A DNA stretch of 64,000 nucleotides from Amoebidium appalachense. Lineage: Eukaryota > Protista > Ichthyosporea. Every line of letters begins with the position of its first letter. Positions within the stretch are counted from its first letter, which is position 1. Where the stretch lies: the NCBI GenBank assembly GCA_963693365.1, contig CAVNZM010000017.1:4826708-4890707 (forward strand). Direction: 5' to 3'. This document shows positions 57,349 to 64,000 of the stretch, piece after piece. Under the pieces are notes generated by a model, which saw only the letters and a list, made by a program, of their open reading frames with translations, made no database searches and was not told the DNA's origin. Both the position numbers and the translations under genes were made by a program.

Positions 57349-58446
57349 GCACAAAGTCAAACACAACCACCCACCCACCCACACATACACATGATGAAGT
57401 GATGACATCAAGGCCTCCTATAAGTAAACTTATAGCAGACCTTGGATGACATCCCTAACATCCCCTCCCCCCCCTCCCCCCCCCCCCCCCTCCCTACACC
57501 CTGCTCGGGCGGTGGAAAATATCAGCACATTTGGATCCCATTAAGCCCTCACACTGTGACGAGAATAAGGTTTTTGCATCATCATGTAAGAACCCCCCCG
57601 CTCCCTTCAATCGACAGTTCTGTTGAATTTTTACAATTTTAAAATCATCTGACTGTTTTCTCTCCAAACCTTGCAGGAGGCACATGCAGCCATCCAATCA
57701 CACGTGGCCAGGTCCCTCCCCTCCCACTGCCACCCAGATGACGTCATCCTCCTCCCTTCCCTCCCCACCAACACCAACGGGAAGGTCGACAGCGGGGCAC
57801 TATTGTTGCTATGGAAGAGCCAATCAAAACAAACGGTTAAAAAATTTAACGGCGACATGCAATTGGATAAACTCGACGATGATTATAGTAACCACGCTAT
57901 CCAATCGGAATGGACGACACGCGCAAGTTTGACCAATGAGCAAACTGCTGAAGGAACCATTTGTGGAAACGGCACTCACAATGATGAATCCTCATTTGGG
58001 AAAGAAGAAACAAGCGAGTTTGTGTGGTCGGTGTTGATCGCAGCGCTCCAAAAAAGGAAACCGATTAGCGGTCTTTCGATACCTTCACCCAATCAATCGA
58101 ACATGAGAACTGGGAGGAAATCCGAAATACAGGATAATCGCGAGATAGCAGATGCCGATTCAAGTCGCCACCAGATCGCTAATCGGTACCTTATGGCAGA
58201 GGGGTACACGTCGTTTGATGTTGTTGCGGTGTGCCAGGCTGTATTTAGCGGCCTGGGATTGGTGGAAAATTACGATGTCACCCTGCAATCATTGGTCGAT
58301 ATAGCACTGCACCAACCAATAGGAAGTGTGGTGGCATGGGGGGTGGAGAGGATACAAGAAAACCGCACATGTTGTGGGGAGGTATGTTTTCTGTTTGGCG
58401 GATGGGAACAAAAGGTGTGTTCTTGTCTGTCAGAGTGTGTGCGTGT

Positions 58447-58486
<40 letters not shown>

Positions 58487-58511
58487 GAAAAAGGGTGTGG
58501 GATATTGGTGT

Positions 58512-58581
<70 letters not shown>

Positions 58582-58608
58582 CTTGCGTGAATGCGTGTTT
58601 CTTGCGTT

Positions 58609-58697
<89 letters not shown>

Positions 58698-59183
58698 ATG
58701 TGTGTGTGTGTGTGTGTGCGCGCGCGCGCGCGCGTGCCTTGTGCGTATGTGTGTGCGTTCGCGTGTACTGGCGCACACATGCCATGTGTGTGCATGCGTA
58801 GCAAGGAGTGTCGCATCCCAGTGTACATGTGTGCCTCTTCCCACATCTGTATCCTATGCACCCTCCTACGGGCACACTGATATCTCATATTCATATTGGT
58901 GAAAATGTCGGTTTATACCCACCGGTCTAGTAAAGAGCCTAAAAGAAGAAAACCAAGGTGGCCCCCGAGGGGCAAAAGGAGGGGGGGGGGGGGGGGGGAA
59001 GGGAGAAAGAGGGGGGTTTGTTTTTTCCCCCTCCCCCCTCCAGTTTTTGTAGTTTCAAAGGCCAATCTGTGTGCTGATTTATATGTACTTGTGCTCCGAT
59101 AATGTAGTTAAGACCTATAATCACCCACACAACCACCCACAAATGCATGCATCCAAACACGGGCCAGTACGCATACACACATG

Positions 59184-59229
<46 letters not shown>

Positions 59230-59463
59230 CTGCACCGCGCCCTGCCAGTTCCAACGACGACCAAGAAAAACCAACCACTCTCATCGATACCAACCCGTCC
59301 AACGACTCCATTGGTTCTTTATCACGTGATCTAGAGGAGGGTAAAACGATCAAGCGAAGGAGGATAGATGAGGCCATTATCGGCCGTCAAGTGGTCAATA
59401 AGGGAGAATGCCTCCAAGTGGAAAACCGGCAAATAGATGGAAAGGTGTGTGTGTGTGTGTGCG

Positions 59464-59539
<76 letters not shown>

Positions 59540-60619
59540 TGTGCATGCGCGTGTGTGTGTAGGGGGGGGGGTGTGCGTGTGATGTAATCACAGATTCCTG
59601 GGTGAACATGCGGTCATTGCCTCCCCTCCCCCCTCCCCTCCTCCCCCCACTCCCTACCCTCCTTTTGTTGGCAAACACTTGTGCAGATCACACTCACACC
59701 ATGTACGCAGTTATCCCCCTTTAGCCACCCACCTCTCCCCCCCCCCCCCTTCCCCCCGCTTTGTGTGTACCTCATCTACCCGGGCTTAGCAAAACCCCCA
59801 TCCTTTCAAGATTATTCCACATTTTCCCACATGTCCAACAACCCCCTCCCCCCTTTACCCCCGCCTCCTCCTTCCCTCCAATCTCTATCTTTCTCACCCC
59901 TCCCCCCTCCCCTGTCCTCCCCCCCCCCGCCCCCAGCACCCCCTCCGCCCCCTTCCTCCCCCTCTGCCTGTCAACCCCCCTCCCCCCCCCCCCCTCCACA
60001 CACACACACACACACACTCACTCACTCACACTCACACTCACACGCACACTCACACCCAACAGCTGGAGTTGTTGTGGAAAGTGGACACGAAGAAATGCAT
60101 TGATGCATCACCTGTCTACTTCACGATTCAAAGGTATGTGTGTGTGCACCCATGCACATCCTACACGCACATATGCATGCACACATCCCCCCCCCCCCCT
60201 CCCCCCCCACCCCACCCCACCCCACCCCACCCCCTCTCTCTCCCCCCCCTTCCCCTCCGCCTCCCCCTCCCCACTCTCACCCCACCCCTCCCCTCCCCTC
60301 GGCCCACGGGTACCATCCGTATCTTTACTCTTCCAACTAACAAGACTCTCAACCAGAAACGACACAATTCAAGATCTCGTGTGTGTGGGGTCTCATTCCG
60401 GGGACGTTGCATGTGTGTCTGCCCAGGACGGGGGGGTTCTATGGAGGACGAATTTGAGCCATCGGGTGGAGGGGACGGCTGCACTTGTCTGTGACGGAAG
60501 ATATTTGACCGTGGGTACTTGTGCCCCCCCCCCCCCCCCCCCCCCCGCTTAAAAAAAAAAAAGAAGAAGAAGAAAAGAAAAGAAAAGAAAAAGAAAGAAA
60601 GACCCCCCCCCGCCCCTTC

Positions 60620-60650
<31 letters not shown>

Positions 60651-61520
60651 AAAAAAAAAAAAACCTGCTACAACAGATGGTAACTGTTAAATAAGAAGTT
60701 AGAAAAAGACAGCGGAAACGAAATCGAAAAGCAAAAAGAACCACTGAAAGCATACATGTGTGCACAGCCCTCTCCCTATGCGTGAGTTCCTTCTTGGTGG
60801 TGTTCGTTGTTCCTTTTTCTTTTATTCTTTCATTCTTTTTTGCGTGTGCACGTATGTATGTCGTTGGGTTGGGCCAAGTGTGTGTGTGTGCATGTGCATG
60901 TGAATGTGTGTACATGTGTGTGACGGTGGTTGTGATTATGGGGGAAGGGGCGGGAGACGCGCGGTGGGAAGGGGGGGGGGGGGGGAGAGGTGAGGGGGGT
61001 TTCACTGGAGTTCAACATACAACACTTACGATGTAATCTTGCTGCGTAAGGCCCTCTTTCCCTTATTTGGTATATGTGTCCAATAAATAATAAAAACAAA
61101 TGACCATGCAGGTTGCTACGATGGCAAGATCTACTGCCTGCACACGCAATCGGGCGCTGTTGATTGGTCGTTCCAAACGGGCGATCTGATCAAGTGCACA
61201 CCATGCTGGCATCCTAATATGGGAACTTTGGTATGTTATCCCCGTTATACTTAAAGATCCCTCCCTTCCCCCCCCCCCCCCCTTCCCCCCCCGCGCTCCC
61301 CCCTCTCCCCCCCCACACAAACACACGCATTCTCCCCTCCACGTCCTCTCCTTCGCACAACCATCGAAACATCGACATTATGATGGCTTGTGATTCTTCC
61401 AAAGTTGCGCTCTATTTATGGTTGAATGTCCGATTTCGCACACACACATTCAAGAACGTTAGTTTCCAGTGCAGATGCACACGAATGCACATTCATGGAC
61501 TAAATAAGAACCTTCCCCCC

Positions 61521-61556
<36 letters not shown>

Positions 61557-61775
61557 ACCAACCAACCAACCAACCAACAAAAAAAAAAACATTACACTAA
61601 TTCATAAAACCAGGTGGTGTGTGGGTCACATGACAACCACGTGTACGGGCTAGATCCAACCAATCAAACGTGCAGATGGTCCGTGGACTGCAAGGCACCC
61701 ATATTCGCATCACCGGCATATGGTGGGTTCTTCCTTAAGCAGTTTCATGTTGGGCAGGAGTGTTTTTTTTTCCTT

Positions 61776-61816
<41 letters not shown>

Positions 61817-62040
61817 ATTGAAGTGGCGGTGGTGGTGGGAGGGGGGAAGGGAATGGGGGGAGGAGGGAAGGGATGGTTGTGTGTTGGGGGGAGGGGGGGG
61901 GGGGGGGGGAAGAGGGGGGGGGGAGGGGGAGGAGGGGAAGGAATGGGGAGTCGGGGGATGGGAGGCAATGCAAAGAGGGGAACTGGGAGCAAGACGAAAG
62001 CGGGAGAGGTTTTGGTGGGGGGTTTGGGGGGGAGGGAGGG

Positions 62041-62071
<31 letters not shown>

Positions 62072-62875
62072 GGATTTGGATGAGCAAGGTATCGTAGAAG
62101 TATGGGCTTCTAAGGGGAGGTCTGTGAAAATAAGAGACGGCATGGGCGGAAGTTGGTGCGTCAGGGGGGAATGGGGGGGGAGGTGGGGAGGGAGGGGTTA
62201 AAGAGTGTGATTTGTGGGGCAGGGGCGGGGGGGGGGGGGGGGGGGGGGGGGGGGAGGGATTCGGAGCTCTAGAACGTGAATAGAGTGTGAGAGTATTATA
62301 AGAATAGGGGGGGGGGGGGGAGGAAGGAGGTATGTGGAGGGATTAAAGAGGGTGGTTTGGGGGGGAGGGGAGGAGGGGAATCTGAGCATTGTCTTGTTTT
62401 CAGATGCAGCTGGAGGCCGGTTGTATGTTGCCACACAGGCGGGGGGTGGTGTGGTGCTTCGAAATGAACTCAGATGCGTACGAAACACCCCTCCTCCCTC
62501 TAACCCCTACCCCACACCTTTCTCCCTCCCCCCCGACCCTCCCCCCTTTCCCCCTTCCCCGGCCTATCTTACTGTCTCTATCTCCCTATCTCCTGCGCGC
62601 AACCGCACACTCCTTCCCTCCTTCCTCCTCTTCTCCTCTCTCCCTCCGGTCTCCCTCGCTCACTCGCTCCTTCCCTTCTCGGTCCCTTCCCCACCCACCT
62701 TTTCTCTCGTCCTTACCCTCTTTTGGCATTTCTCTACATACTCACACACCAGCACTCCCACTCCCCCCCCCCCCCCCTCCCCGGGGATATGGAGTCTCCC
62801 CCCCCCCCCTCCACCCCACCCCATCCCCCCCTCCCCCCCTCCCCCCAGAACCCCCCTCCCCCTCTCCCCCCCCCC

Positions 62876-62906
<31 letters not shown>

Positions 62907-63624
62907 AAGCCACCCTCCCCCCCCATCCCTACTTCCACATCCCCGGAGTCCTGCAGTATATATTTATATGCATGTTCTGCAGTACCCGAAAGCCGGATTT
63001 AAACGAGATATTTGCCCTGTGGCCTTCTGTTTCTTTGAATTAATCTCCATGATTTATAAGGACGTGCACCAAACATGTCACCCTCACCCCATGTATGACG
63101 GTTAGCTTTACATGCACTCGGGCAAGAATATGATTCTGGCAGAGCTGCTCCAACAATTCTATTTGAATAACCAACAACCCATTTATCGATTATCCTTTCT
63201 ACATTTCTCCGTATATTTCGCCCGTGCCTGTGCCAATACAATCTAGGAAAAAAAAATAAAAGTAAATTGCTATTAACTCCAATGTTTAGGGTGGGACCAT
63301 TCAATCTAGGAGTAAGAAAAACATCGTAGTAAATACAGAAGTTGGGAGAATGAAAAACACTGCAATAATGGTATTAGACCAGTTAACCTAAGGAAAGACC
63401 TTTAAAGCACTACGAGCAGACACACCATCCAACTTCCCTTTGTCTTTCCATATAACTTCAACTTCTCCCCGTTCTAACCATAATCCACCACCAGGCCACC
63501 TACTCATCAGTGGAGTTGTGACATAGGCAAACCACTATTTTCAAGCCCTGTAATTCACAATGGTTCGGTATTCATTGGATGTGTGGATGGATATTTCTAC
63601 TCGATCTCAAGCGCTGGTTCTATA
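43817..63624 (+). CDS. AASDH: Beta-alanine-activating enzyme-like NRPS-type protein (adenylation domain + PCP + PQQ-type beta-propeller); at least 21 exons, continuing beyond the window
   Basis: Exons give [26 protein letters not shown] (48528-48628), [37 protein letters not shown]|[22 protein letters not shown], the PCP Ser in EGYTSF (~58210), then [36 protein letters not shown] and GKPLFSSP...IGCVDG. This domain order is characteristic of AASDH/ACSF4. One +1 G frame break at 62441-62446. Confidence 0.92.
44985..45123 (+). repeat. Poly-C-associated dispersed repeat, AASDH intron 1
   Basis: CCCTGAGGATGGGCTCCGCTTATGACGCATACT...GTACTTCGTAC...GCATTCAAACCCC. Confidence 0.75.
46203..46314 (+). 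repeat. Poly-C-associated dispersed repeat, AASDH intron 2
   Basis: CCCCCTGAGGATGGGCTCTGCTTATTATGCATACTCTTTATGTATGG...GTGTACTTCGTACTTT...GCATTCAAAACCCC. Confidence 0.82.
50995..51596 (+). mobile_element. ~600-bp non-LTR retro-insertion (5'-truncated LINE or SINE) in an AASDH intron
   Basis: Flanked by the exact 13-bp direct repeat TGATGTCCGTTGT (50982-50994 and 51597-51609) and ending in an A-rich tail, AAAGTAAAAAAA. Confidence 0.78.
55121..55183. repeat. Short 12-bp tandem repeat (TTTCCCACACGT)
   Basis: About 5 imperfect units just after an AASDH splice donor. Confidence 0.8.
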
Positions 63625-63670
63625 GTAAGTAGCCCCCTCCCTGGCTTCCCATGTGTCCCCCTCGACAGCC

Positions 63671-63711
<41 letters not shown>

Positions 63712-64000
63712 AAAAAACACACACACACACACACACACACTAGCAACCCCCCCCCCCCCCCCCCCCCTCCCCTCCCCCCGTCTAAGTATGTATATAATCA
63801 GAGTAAAGGAGCAGGCGTATGTTCACTTCGGACATACCAACCACATCTTTCTTCAAATCTTCCATGTTCGTATCATTCTTGCGCCAGCCTCCCCCCTCCC
63901 CCCCCCCTCCCCCCCCTGGTACCTTCCCCCCTCCCCCAACCCCGGAGCCCACCCCCACCGCTCTTCCCCTTCAAAGCCTACCCATTCCATCACACCATTC

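Overview
Eukaryotic, intron-rich genomic DNA. Introns are saturated with poly-C/poly-G, (CA)n and (GA)n tracts, so nearly all ORFs in the supplied track are low-complexity artefacts; real genes were rebuilt by hand from spliced exons. The gene set would fit a unicellular opisthokont or similar protist, but the species cannot be determined from this window. Contents: (1) a 5-exon Ser/Thr kinase (30-3048, +); (2) MED7 (6182-10526, +); (3) a secreted CBM1-linker-GH19 chitinase of the Vibrio/Aeromonas type that appears pseudogenised (14088-16946, +); (4) a 13-exon STE20/GCK-family kinase (20821-32946, -); (5) a GC-rich, spliced, apparently 5'-truncated putative DDE transposase (Mutator-like DxxH class) with an intact WRN-type DEDDy 3'-5' exonuclease inserted in its core and a C-terminal Cys cluster (37042-41670, -), the most unusual item; (6) an AASDH-like NRPS-type gene (A domain, PCP, PQQ-type propeller; 43817 onward, +), which runs off the window end. 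Non-coding DNA holds a TIR/TSD MITE, a foldback element, a three-copy element with TSDs, an A-tailed retro-insertion nested in an abundant poly-C-associated repeat family, and a higher-order 34-bp minisatellite.
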